From IMG/VR virus record IMGVR_UViG_3300021090_000027, positions 1-53,283 of that record: 53,283 nt of DNA; one strand, written 5' to 3'. The stretch is from a virus (taxonomy: Duplodnaviria; Caudoviricetes). Of the stretch, positions 8,577 to 17,538 are shown one piece after another; position 1 is the stretch's first letter; each line of letters begins with the position of its first letter. A program made the translations under genes and the position numbers. The notes beneath the pieces were generated by a model. It was given only the letters and a program-made list of their open reading frames with translations. It was not told where the DNA came from and did not search any database.

Positions 8577-9064
8577 GCTTTCGCACGGGTCCGCTGGCGT
8601 GGGGTACGGACCCGCTTCGGTGCTGGGGGTTCCTCGGGCAGGTGAATGATGACTGGTGGGCGCAAATCTTTCCCACCCTCGGCGACAATCCAATCCATAT
8701 CAGCCTCGGTCAGAGTGTCCTGCCTGGCATACATTTCCTGGATCCGGGATTTGATCCTCCCTGTGGGTGCCACAGTGAGGCCCACGAGGCGGGACCAATC
8801 CCTGATCTGCTCCAGCAGATCAGCATGCGCCTTCTTCTCTTCAGGAGTCATCTGAGATGACCCCTTCTTCGCGGGCCGGATCGCTGCGGACAGTGCCGTC
8901 CTCGATTTCTCAATAAACGGTATGAGAACAGCAGCGAAAGCAGCACGGTTGTTCTCCGACAGGTCAATCTCGTACGCTTTACCAGCGAAAGCGAACGACA
9001 CCGTTCCGGCCGCGTCAGTGCCGTCGATGTCGTCGATCAACTGAATCTGGCGTCTCTGTACCAT
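8573..9064 (-). CDS. lsr2: Lsr2 nucleoid-associated protein
   Basis: LIDDIDG..A..TVSFAF.GKAYEIDLSE.N plus IRDW...GLTVAPTGRI DNA-binding hook. Confidence 0.9.
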   Translation of the reverse strand: MVQRRQIQLIDDIDGTDAAGTVSFAFAGKAYEIDLSENNRAAFAAVLIPFIEKSRTALSAAIRPAKKGSSQMTPEEKKAHADLLEQIRDWSRLVGLTVAPTGRIKSRIQEMYARQDTLTEADMDWIVAEGGKDLRPPVIIHLPEEPPAPKRVRTPRQRTRAKA

Positions 9065-9164
9065 TTTCTAGCTCCCTGTGGTAGTCGGCTGGGTCAAGTC
9101 CCTGGATGGTAACCCGTGGGGCACGGCGTGTGACCCACCCATACGGGGGAGCCACCACCGAACC

Positions 9165-9551
9165 CTACGGGGGATCTTCGAGGGTTTCGTAGTCCTCTGG
9201 TGTGGCACGCCTGCTACCAGGCGGCAACTCTGGTACCGGATTTTCGCCCACCACGGGCCAACCAGGTCCGTCCTTAACCAGTGCAAGGGGCGGATTCAGC
9301 GCCCGTGCTGCGGCCTGGTCACCAGCATTCGCGCGGCGCGTCAACCGCGCATACGTGTGAGCGCCACGGGCGCGACCATTAGCCGGTTGGATCGGCTCGG
9401 CCGGATGGTAATTCTTCGGGCGTGGCCCCCCATAGTACAACCACATGCCCATCTGATAAATACCATCAGCGAATTCCTCGCCTCTATCAGTATCCATCCT
9501 AACTTCAGACATGAGTTGTTCTATTTCTTCATTAGTGCGGCGAGTAAACAC
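9165..9551 (-). CDS. hypothetical protein
   Basis: AGAGGGG RBS, GTG start. Confidence 0.55.
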   Translation of the reverse strand: MFTRRTNEEIEQLMSEVRMDTDRGEEFADGIYQMGMWLYYGGPRPKNYHPAEPIQPANGRARGAHTYARLTRRANAGDQAAARALNPPLALVKDGPGWPVVGENPVPELPPGSRRATPEDYETLEDPP

Positions 9552-9673
9552 TAATCACCCCTCTTGAAAAACTTGACCAGGACGCGGATAGCTTTACGCA
9601 TGAGAAGCCATGCGCCACCGTAAACGATGATACCGATGATGATGGTCAGTAGACCATCGATGAGGAATGCCAT
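9551..9673 (-). CDS. 40-aa membrane peptide
   Basis: MAFLIDGLLTIIIGIIVYGGAWLLMRKAIRVLVKFFKRGD; AAAGGGG RBS. Confidence 0.55.
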   Translation of the reverse strand: MAFLIDGLLTIIIGIIVYGGAWLLMRKAIRVLVKFFKRGD

Positions 9674-9772
9674 TAGTCGGTCGTGCCCCTTTCAGTGGTT
9701 GGTTTCATTGCTCTGCGCAACGACGGAAACGCTCACACTTTCGGGTGAGCGCAACCGACATCATTCAACAGA

Positions 9773-10039
9773 TCATCCTACCTGCCTGACATCCACGCTA
9801 GAGATATGCGCACCGGGGCAACTTGCCCGCATGATCAGGAGCGCTCTTTCGTTAGACATCTCGGCACTAGTAATAGTGCTGGAGTTGTTGTGTGTCGGAC
9901 AATCCACATCAACATGTGCCGAGAACGGCCTTTCGATCCGCGTCTGATCGAGTATTACCTTCGGATCGAAGCCTGCCACTTGTTCAGTGGTTGGCAGCCG
10001 GTCAAAAAATGCGCTGATTCGTACGACTCCCATCGCCAT
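9773..10039 (-). CDS. hypothetical protein
   Basis: GGAAGGG RBS. Confidence 0.55.
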   Translation of the reverse strand: MAMGVVRISAFFDRLPTTEQVAGFDPKVILDQTRIERPFSAHVDVDCPTHNNSSTITSAEMSNERALLIMRASCPGAHISSVDVRQVG

Positions 10040-10042
10040 TAC

Positions 10043-10522
10043 TTACCCTTCCTCTCCTGTTGCTTCGGCAATGATACGTGCCTGATCAGCCCGAAACGGA
10101 GGGTTGCGCACGTCCCGCAACGTCTCCAGCTCCACCAAAAGCTCTTGAACCGCCGTCTTCAGTGCCTCATCCCCACGATAGCGGTAGAACCCTGCAAGAG
10201 CCCGAATAGACTGCGGTGAACACTCGTCCGCCAGGGCACCCATACGGGCCTTACGGGCCCGCTCAGCAGCATCCAACGCCGCTGTAGCCGCTGTGATCCG
10301 ATCCCAAGCGGTCCGCTTGTTGTAACACCCATGCAACGACAGACCATCAGGTGCTTCCCGTTGACCTTCCGCGTTAAGGAACATCACCTTGACAGTGCTT
10401 CCCATGTCCGCTGCCTCCCATCCGAGTAAGACACCTTCTGGAATGATGCCCGCTGCCCTAGCGGCACGCTGAAAACCAGCAATAGCATTGCTGACATCCT
10501 GCGACGTAATATGTTTACCCAT
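10043..10522 (-). CDS. hypothetical protein
   Basis: AGGGGAGAG RBS. Confidence 0.7.
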   Translation of the reverse strand: MGKHITSQDVSNAIAGFQRAARAAGIIPEGVLLGWEAADMGSTVKVMFLNAEGQREAPDGLSLHGCYNKRTAWDRITAATAALDAAERARKARMGALADECSPQSIRALAGFYRYRGDEALKTAVQELLVELETLRDVRNPPFRADQARIIAEATGEEG

Positions 10523-10614
10523 CCCTACACTCTCCCCTTTTTACTTGTTGAGTCCTGATTAACTCCGGCAAAGCAGAACAACTAATAAAAGTTGTTCTGC
10601 TTCACTGCAAACAA

Positions 10615-10785
10615 TCAGAGCTTGAACGCCGATGTTTCCGTGACAATCCGATCCGACCGGCGGATAGCCGGACGCCTACCCTCCAATGCTAGGGCACGCA
10701 ACTGGTTGTAATAGTCGTCCGCCTGTTCCAGTTCACCATCGGCCAGAGCAACCAGGAATAGGCGGAGTAACCGGTCCGGGGTCAT
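10615..10785 (-). CDS. 56-aa hypothetical protein
   Basis: MTPDRLLRLFLVALADGELEQADDYYNQL...; ATGA overlap; not in the ORF track. Confidence 0.6.
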   Translation of the reverse strand: MTPDRLLRLFLVALADGELEQADDYYNQLRALALEGRRPAIRRSDRIVTETSAFKL

Positions 10786-11177
10786 GCGCAGTCACAATCA
10801 GCGGCGTCACGATCGCAGCAGGGGACCTTGACCGGACCGAACACCTGTTCCGCTTCATCGACAGGCTTCAGTAACTCCTGAATTTCCGCCATGTTCGCGT
10901 TCAACGCGTACGCACCTTCGAGGTGATCCGCTGACATATCAATCGGCAAACCTGCCTCGTACCGCCGGTAATACGTCTTGTAACCCTCCCATACACGGGT
11001 GGGGTACCGTTCGGTCAACTCAGCAATCAGAGCGGCGAAACCCTGAGCGTGCATCACGCTCTGATTCACTAACGGATTCGCTTCTTGCGCGCCGAACATG
11101 TAAAACATGGCACGGTCGTAACTCTCGGATCCGAGAGACGCCCACGCATGATAAAGGCGCGGTGAGTACTTGACCAT
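10782..11177 (-). CDS. hypothetical protein
   Basis: AAGGGGAGA RBS; MVKYSPRL... Confidence 0.65.
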   Translation of the reverse strand: MVKYSPRLYHAWASLGSESYDRAMFYMFGAQEANPLVNQSVMHAQGFAALIAELTERYPTRVWEGYKTYYRRYEAGLPIDMSADHLEGAYALNANMAEIQELLKPVDEAEQVFGPVKVPCCDRDAADCDCA

Positions 11178-11296
11178 AATATTTCTCCCCTTTTTAATTC
11201 GTGGTTGATCGTCAATCCGGTTGATCGACTTAAGCCAACGTTCCGGGCCCTGAAGCCCGGAAGATGACTTGAACCGGTCAACCCCTGTGAGCCGTT

Positions 11297-11587
11297 CTAC
11301 GGCTCGAACACAGCCACCGTGTAGCACTGCCCTAGGTGAGTGTCCGTTGGACCGTCCACGTGGACGCTACCCACGTCCCTAGGGTCACCATGCATGAACG
11401 TGTGAGCGTCAACGTAGCGGGCATCAACCGCTTCCTTATCATGGTCAAGGTCGTATTCCCCCGTCCAATCCGAGTCAAGCTCACCCACAAGATACGCCCA
11501 AGCCTCGGGGATGGTATCGAACACTGGCGGGTCATCATCCATCGGCAAATACCCGGGCTGATTGACGGTCGCAAGATATTGGGTCAT
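11297..11587 (-). CDS. acidic conserved actinophage early protein
   Basis: N.PGYLPM.D.PP.F.T..EAW.YL. Confidence 0.7.
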   Translation of the reverse strand: MTQYLATVNQPGYLPMDDDPPVFDTIPEAWAYLVGELDSDWTGEYDLDHDKEAVDARYVDAHTFMHGDPRDVGSVHVDGPTDTHLGQCYTVAVFEP

Positions 11588-11604
11588 GACTCTTTTCTCC
11601 TCTA

Positions 11605-12294
11605 TCAGGAATTGTTGCTTGGGTGCCAATCCCAGACCCGAACAGTCCGGGTCTCGGTTGTCCGCTCACGCGATAACCCGCCCGATGGCGTGATATCACG
11701 CACCCATGTCATTGTCTCATTGGTTGATCGCAGCTCAGAGAATGACGTGTGAATCGTGCCCGGACCATGCCCCGACCACGGATGCCCCTCGCGTCCACCG
11801 AACATGATCCGACCCCCGTAAGGGTGAGCATCGGGAATCATGTCGATGAATCCCAGTGAACCAACAGGCGCTGAATGATTGGCCCACCCCCATGGGGACG
11901 CGATACGCACGACGTCACCAGCAACCGGTAGTGGCGTGTGTGTTCCGTCCGGTTCATAGAGTCCGACACGCTCACCCTTGAGGTAGTGCTCAAGGTGCCA
12001 TTCAATCGTGCTCGCGGCCATGCCGGATGGGGCATTGCTTGACTTGATAAACTCTTCTGCTACCTCTCTCCGTTCCTCGGGCAGAGACAAGTCGTATCCG
12101 CGACTGGTACCGAACTCAGCAACAATCTTCGGGTGATACCTCATGACTTTTTCCCCTTCATTCTCTGGCTTGACTAGCCAGGCCATTACGCCGAACGTCT
12201 CATTTCCGTCTGTTACTATCCACATTTCACCCGCTAGGGTCTGGTGGCCGGTACTTACAACGTCATAGACGTTGCCACATGACCGAACTTTCAT
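11605..12294 (-). CDS. hypothetical protein (internal RBS and ATG near 12144 may be a second start)
   Basis: Long ORF in the early operon. Confidence 0.6.
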   Translation of the reverse strand: MKVRSCGNVYDVVSTGHQTLAGEMWIVTDGNETFGVMAWLVKPENEGEKVMRYHPKIVAEFGTSRGYDLSLPEERREVAEEFIKSSNAPSGMAASTIEWHLEHYLKGERVGLYEPDGTHTPLPVAGDVVRIASPWGWANHSAPVGSLGFIDMIPDAHPYGGRIMFGGREGHPWSGHGPGTIHTSFSELRSTNETMTWVRDITPSGGLSRERTTETRTVRVWDWHPSNNS

Positions 12295-12306
12295 AATTCT
12301 TTTGCC

Positions 12307-12576
12307 TTATCGCTTGTAGGGCTTGACCGAGTACACGCGTGCCGACGTGTCGGCATCATCGACAAGCACACGGTCCGTTGTCCGCTCATCCGCCGGTAGG
12401 TACTCCGTCCACAAGTACCGGTAACCCGCGTACCGGTCAGTGTCATGTAGCACACCTTCGATTACCTGTGCCAGAGCTAAACGTGTTTCCCTGTCGGCCG
12501 GACAATTGGCCCGTGACGCCGCGATCATCCTGTTAACCCTGTCAACAAGATCAGACACCTGCACATTCTTAAGCAT
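12307..12576 (-). CDS. hypothetical protein
   Basis: GGAAGGAAAGG RBS; IE.VLH.T..YAGY.YL motif. Confidence 0.65.
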   Translation of the reverse strand: MLKNVQVSDLVDRVNRMIAASRANCPADRETRLALAQVIEGVLHDTDRYAGYRYLWTEYLPADERTTDRVLVDDADTSARVYSVKPYKR

Positions 12577-12665
12577 AACCTTTCCTTCCTTTCCCCTGAT
12601 AAATAGAGTGACCTGTTCACTCTCCAAACCACACACATTGTGTGTGGCAAGGGCAACGAACAACG

Positions 12666-13007
12666 TCAACGCCACCACGTGTAAGCGTGGCGTGTCCCGT
12701 GCAACCGGTTACCGCACCCATCACACGATGACTGCGAGAACTCACGTTCCTCACAGTCACAATCGAACGCCTCAGCGTTCTCATCAAAACCCTCATGCTC
12801 CGGATTCTTCTCACACTCATGATTCTCCATGAACCTGCCGTGAGTAACATCGATTCCTTTCATGCGCGACCACAGACCATCGGCCGCACGCTCATTCGCG
12901 CTGTGATCTTCACAGCACTCACCGTTCTCCCGAGAGAGCATGCAACAATCACATACCCATATTTCTCCCTGCGGTTGAGTACGCTTAACAAGGTTCACTC
13001 TCATCAC
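12666..13007 (-). CDS. Cys-rich conserved phage protein
   Basis: VCDCC ... EFSQSSCDGCG..LHG.RH. Confidence 0.7.
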   Translation of the reverse strand: MMRVNLVKRTQPQGEIWVCDCCMLSRENGECCEDHSANERAADGLWSRMKGIDVTHGRFMENHECEKNPEHEGFDENAEAFDCDCEEREFSQSSCDGCGNRLHGTRHAYTWWR

Positions 13008-13276
13008 ACTTTCCCCTTAATGCTCGCATCATGAATCAGAGTCACCGCAGAATGCAACGACTCACGCTTACCAGTAGCAATCCCACGGTAAAAACCACGG
13101 GTAAAAGATCCACGCAACGTGTCCGTTGCGTACATGCCTAATCCGGCCCACAGGACACCATGACAGACTTCCTCGCTGATGCGTCCATCGGCCATAGCGC
13201 GGCCGATGAACTCACCAGCATACGAGGCTTGTAGATTAGCGGGCGGAGGACCCGCCATCACGTAGTCAACCGCCAA
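13004..13276 (-). CDS. hypothetical protein
   Basis: Operonic ORF. Confidence 0.45.
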   Translation of the reverse strand: MAVDYVMAGPPPANLQASYAGEFIGRAMADGRISEEVCHGVLWAGLGMYATDTLRGSFTRGFYRGIATGKRESLHSAVTLIHDASIKGKV

Positions 13277-13713
13277 GCAACAGCCCAGCCATCGGGGCCC
13301 TCCTCGCAGGACTCATCACATTCCTCATTGCACGAATGGTGGGACTCTATGACCACGTAATACCCGGGAGTCTCGAGTATTTCATCGGCCAACCTGCCAC
13401 CGACGAACTCTGAATCATGCATGATGTGCCCACCACCCATCTGGAATGACTCACCCATCAGAGTCCACGGAACCGCGCCGAGGTAATTCGCTAGTTCGCC
13501 ATCGTTCAACTCTGGCACCCACATATCAGAATGGAGAGTGCCGTTAGCTAGTCTCCATTCTGTAAGGTCATCGCTCACGCTTCCGTCAGCGTGAACCTCA
13601 ATAATGTGATCCCATTCCATGATGTCATGCAGAGTGCGAACACCCGAACCCCCCACAAGGAACGCACGATCACCATAATGATCATGCCCTGGCATTCTCG
13701 TATATTTAGACAT
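13258..13713 (-). CDS. conserved actinophage early protein
   Basis: IMHDSEFVGGRLADEILETPGYYVV ... GWAVA. Confidence 0.7.
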   Translation of the reverse strand: MSKYTRMPGHDHYGDRAFLVGGSGVRTLHDIMEWDHIIEVHADGSVSDDLTEWRLANGTLHSDMWVPELNDGELANYLGAVPWTLMGESFQMGGGHIMHDSEFVGGRLADEILETPGYYVVIESHHSCNEECDESCEEGPDGWAVAWRLTT

Positions 13714-13803
13714 TACCTTTCCCCTTCCTACGGTGAACCATTCACCATTACCGTGCACCCCGTACCCTTAGAGGGTACGCAATGCACGATAAAAGAGACA
13801 CGT

Positions 13804-13866
13804 TCACAAGCCGCTACACGCGTCATAGATGACGAATACCAGAATCGCTATCATGATCCATGTCAT
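13804..13866 (-). CDS. 20-aa hydrophobic micropeptide
   Basis: GGGGAGAG RBS, ATGA overlap; MTWIMIAILVFVIYDACSGL. Confidence 0.4.
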   Translation of the reverse strand: MTWIMIAILVFVIYDACSGL

Positions 13867-14324
13867 CGGACACTCTCCCCACACGCTGGCTTCACACTGT
13901 ACCCACACTCACACGCCGCCACATTAAAACCAGTCAACGGGCCAGACACATAACCAACACCAACCGGTGAATCCGTGTCACACTCCTTACACAAATAACC
14001 CGTGACATTATGAGCGAAGAAATGATCATCCTCCCGCATCTGTTCCATGACATAAGCAATGGACTCACCCGACTCGATCACGGATCGGATGATCTGATCA
14101 GCATGAACCGGCCCATACAAGTGGCCGAGAACCGATTTCTCGGCCTGTTCGATGTGGTGGTACACCGTACCGGGCATCGGCCCGGAATCGTGCACGTTCA
14201 CCATGTCGCGCATGACATCCAACGTGTTCGCTAACGTCCACATTTCCTTGAACGTCATCTTGTAGTCCGGGCGGAAACGTTGCTCGTTATACGTAACGAG
14301 CGCTTCCGTATAACTACTAGACAT
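13863..14324 (-). CDS. hypothetical protein with C-terminal Zn-ribbon
   Basis: AGGGGAGAG RBS; CKEC...CECG. Confidence 0.65.
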   Translation of the reverse strand: MSSSYTEALVTYNEQRFRPDYKMTFKEMWTLANTLDVMRDMVNVHDSGPMPGTVYHHIEQAEKSVLGHLYGPVHADQIIRSVIESGESIAYVMEQMREDDHFFAHNVTGYLCKECDTDSPVGVGYVSGPLTGFNVAACECGYSVKPACGESVR

Positions 14325-14404
14325 GTTCTCTCCCCTGGTTGGGTCACCCTGGTTGAGTAACTCATTGACTCCGCACTCATAAGGAATGCAGAGCAATCAA
14401 CCAC

Positions 14405-14740
14405 TCATCCGTAAACGATCCTGCCGTAAACAACCAGTTGAATCAGCGAATCCATAGCAACAGCGTCCGGATCATCATCCTTGAAAGCCTCATAATTGCG
14501 TGAGCCTCTCTGAATCTCCGTCTTACCCATCATGACTTTAGTAACCATGCTCCGCACAGCACCACGGGTGAAACGGAACAACCTGCGGTCCTCCTCATCC
14601 TCGGACACACCGTCATACATGAAGACCGTGTAATTCCCATCGGATATCCCGATATACGTGGCGTACCACTCCCATTGATCGGCACCAGAACCAGTCACAT
14701 GGTCATCGGTCTCTTCATCGGTCCAACGACAGATAGCCAT
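14405..14740 (-). CDS. conserved phage early protein
   Basis: C-terminal D.DAVAMDSLIQLVVYGRIVYG. Confidence 0.7.
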   Translation of the reverse strand: MAICRWTDEETDDHVTGSGADQWEWYATYIGISDGNYTVFMYDGVSEDEEDRRLFRFTRGAVRSMVTKVMMGKTEIQRGSRNYEAFKDDDPDAVAMDSLIQLVVYGRIVYG

Positions 14741-14750
14741 CAGCTCTCCC

Positions 14751-14897
14751 CTAACTCTCGTCATCGTGAACACAGTCAAGGACAGTAATAAACCGCCCCT
14801 CACGCTCCGTTTCCTCATCCGAGCACTTGAGGCAATAAGCATTCACATTGCCCATTGTGTAACCATGTCCTCTAAATTCAGCATCAGGACTGATCAT
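14751..14897 (-). CDS. 48-aa hypothetical protein
   Basis: AAGGGGAGAG RBS; MISPDAEFRGHGY...CLKC; not in the ORF track. Confidence 0.55.
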   Translation of the reverse strand: MISPDAEFRGHGYTMGNVNAYCLKCSDEETEREGRFITVLDCVHDDES

Positions 14898-14908
14898 GAT
14901 CTCTCCCC

Positions 14909-15085
14909 TTAATACTTGAGTTGCCTGGCCAGTGCCTCACGGATGTCAGACTCACTCACACCCATACTGCGGAGGATCTGCTCCGCAAGCATCACCGAAA
15001 GATCAATGTCTTTCGCCGTTCCCACTTCGCACAACTCGACAACATTGACTGTGATCAGTTTCTTCTGTTGCTTAGTGAGATACAT
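14909..15085 (-). CDS. 58-aa protein, first gene of the early operon
   Basis: AAGGGGAGAG RBS; MYLTKQQKKLITVNVVELCE...; not in the ORF track. Confidence 0.65.
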   Translation of the reverse strand: MYLTKQQKKLITVNVVELCEVGTAKDIDLSVMLAEQILRSMGVSESDIREALARQLKY

Positions 15086-15099
15086 GCTCTCTCCCCTTG

Positions 15100-15456
15100 A
15101 TTGACTAACAGTGGACTGCGCAACTGATCAGCATGAGGACTTACATGGTCGTCGCCTGAGTGCATCGTGATACTGCACGTCTCTGATTCAGCCTCACAGA
15201 CAGCCGTTAGGCTGTAGGGAGACTCTTGCCGGTAAGCGCGCCTTACGCCGCTTCACCTAAGCGCGTGTCGGGGGACTGGTCACCATGTGACTCTGCCTCT
15301 CACCGGTAAACCACCGTGCCCCGCTCAATGCGGGATGGCAGTCAACCGGGTGACTCTCGCGTCTTAGCCGGTCCATTCAGTTATGAAGCATCAAGTTCAG
15401 TGCTACGGCTTACGTAGCTTCGATCCAGCTAGCTACGGCGCATCGAACGGTGGAAC
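15100..15456 (-). ncRNA. long structured 5' leader of the early operon
   Basis: No credible ORF; many stems; candidate -10 TAGGAT at 15469-15464. Confidence 0.5.
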
Positions 15457-16314
15457 ACCCCTGATCCTACCCCCACCAGCAACCCTGATCATCGGGTAAA
15501 CACCCGATAACAAGTCATACAATCACCCCATTGACAACACAGCGGTAGCTGTGATTAGTCCACACACAGTCACCAACACAAGATCAACAACAACAGAAAG
15601 TAACCTAAATTCACTACAATGATTAGTACAATAATCGTCTCACCATGTGAGACTGCCAGCATCAGACAGCACGCGTCAGCGTCCCAGCACTGTGCTTGCC
15701 GACCACAACCAGGCAAGCACCATCCAAGGGCGCCACAAGCGCCAGAGACAAGTAGACAGGCAACCACCCAGTTGCCTGCAATGACCCATGATTTCAATCA
15801 CCCCAATAAGACATCAGAACAAACTAGAACACGTTCTAGTTTAAAGAAAGGATAATCGACCACGGTCGATGATTAGAACAAGCGTTCAATTCATTGCATG
15901 CTGGCGCGTTGGCGCGCATTGTGGATCATGGTGGCCTGGAAGGGCCACATTAGGTGATTAGTAAGTATTACAGCGTCATCTATAATGCCGGGTCAGGGCT
16001 GTACTGTATACGCGGCATACGCGCGTATATGGTGTATTACTGTGTAGTATGTTTATGGTGTACACAGCTGTGACCAGCATGGTTGTGTTTCCCAACTGTC
16101 CTCGTGGTTTGGGTGATTCCTAAAGGATCATGAGGGTTTATTAGTTGTCCTACGCTAAGTGTCCGGTTTGACCCGGGGATGCCTTATCGCCCCCCCTCTC
16201 CCCCCTCTACAATCATCAAAAATTTATCCTCCCGGTTTATTTTCATGATCATCTATGCAGGTGGGGTGGAAAAACTTTGAGGTTTTTCCTTGTATCAGTG
16301 CAGGTCAGAGGCTG

Positions 16315-16330
16315 TGTGACGGAGGTCACA
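16315..16330. promoter_or_regulatory. CRP/GlxR consensus site
   Basis: TGTGA-cggagg-TCACA, exact TGTGA-N6-TCACA. Confidence 0.55.
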
Positions 16331-16378
16331 CAGTGGTGGTTGAATATTTGGTGTTTTTTTGTGCAGCTATATATATGA

Positions 16379-16625
16379 GACCTTTTGCAAAAAGGTCGAT
16401 GAGAGAAGGCAACGCCTCAGGGCGTTGCCTGATCGTCCGCGATAGCGGACTCTGGCACACCCCAAGGTGTGCCCTTACTAGTGTGAGGGCCGATCCTGAC
16501 GGATCGGCTTAATTATGGTTAGGGGAGCACTGGTGGTGCTCCCAGATTCATTCACCGCTGCTAAGCGGTTCAGCGTCAGCCGAAGCGGAACCCGGATGGG
16601 TTCCGGATACTTATACGCGCGTAAG
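16379..16625. repeat. array of about 10 adjacent short inverted repeats
   Basis: Nine clear 6-10 bp stems with 3-5 nt loops packed end to end, plus one weak one. Confidence 0.8.
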
Positions 16626-16639
16626 AAACTTTTGAGGCC

Positions 16640-17527
16640 GTGAGCCTCCCATGGAGGCTCCCCTTGGCAGACTTGGATACGTATTCTAGTACGATCACCG
16701 CGAACGCTCAATCGTTCGTGGTTGATACTATTTCGTGCACTGGCGCGTATGTGACAACGTTTGGTACGCATGCTGGTGTGGTTGTTGCTTTTGAGGGTAC
16801 GAACGATGGTGGTACCACGTGGTACGCGTTGAGCGCATTCACGATTAGTGCGGCTGGTGTGCCTGCGGGTACGGCGACCCTGTCTACGAATGGGTCGGCA
16901 CAGTTTTATGTGATTGTTGGTTTGGCGAAGCAGATGCGGGTTAGGTCGACGGCGTATACGTCGGGGACTGTGCAGTTGTCGGTGATGCCGGTTGAGGAAG
17001 CTGATCCGATGTTGTTGACGTCGGCGTCGACGTCGGCGTCTGCGGCGTTGCAGGATACGTTGACGAATCCGACGACGTCTCAAATTGGTGCGGACCAGAT
17101 GTTGTATAACGGGACGTCGTGGGATCGTGCCCGGAGCAATGTTTCTTCTCAGCAGGTGGAGGCGTCCGCTGCGCGGACGACTACCGCTAACGGTACAACG
17201 AACAATAACTATAACTGGCGTGGCGGTAATTTTCTTGTGAATGTGACGGCGGCGTCGGGTACGACTCCGACGTTGGTTGTTCGTTTGCAGTACACGATTA
17301 ACGGTACTGATTACCATGATTTAGATGCGACTAATGCTGTGACTGGGTCGATTACGACGACCGGTCAGCATATTCTGCGCGTGTATCCGGGGTTGACGGC
17401 GGCTGCGCCGACTGGTGGTTTGTCGGTGGCTAGTACGGTGTTGCCTCGCTTGTATCGGCCTGCTTGGGTCATTGGTGGGACTACACCGAGTTTCACTTTT
17501 TCTATTACTGCAACGTATTCTCTTTAA
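16640..17527 (+). CDS. Thr/Ala/Ser-rich probable virion protein
   Basis: First late gene; beta-rich composition. Confidence 0.65.
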   Translation: MSLPWRLPLADLDTYSSTITANAQSFVVDTISCTGAYVTTFGTHAGVVVAFEGTNDGGTTWYALSAFTISAAGVPAGTATLSTNGSAQFYVIVGLAKQMRVRSTAYTSGTVQLSVMPVEEADPMLLTSASTSASAALQDTLTNPTTSQIGADQMLYNGTSWDRARSNVSSQQVEASAARTTTANGTTNNNYNWRGGNFLVNVTAASGTTPTLVVRLQYTINGTDYHDLDATNAVTGSITTTGQHILRVYPGLTAAAPTGGLSVASTVLPRLYRPAWVIGGTTPSFTFSITATYSL

Positions 17528-17538
17528 GGATTTCATTC

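Noticed and set aside
15601-15608. TAACCTAA as an IdeR/DtxR box
   Set aside because: Only one half-site matches.
16478-17317. 279-aa Arg-rich minus-strand ORF (and similar long antisense ORFs such as 18684-19562 and 48138-48809)
   Set aside because: Shadow frames of real genes caused by codon bias.
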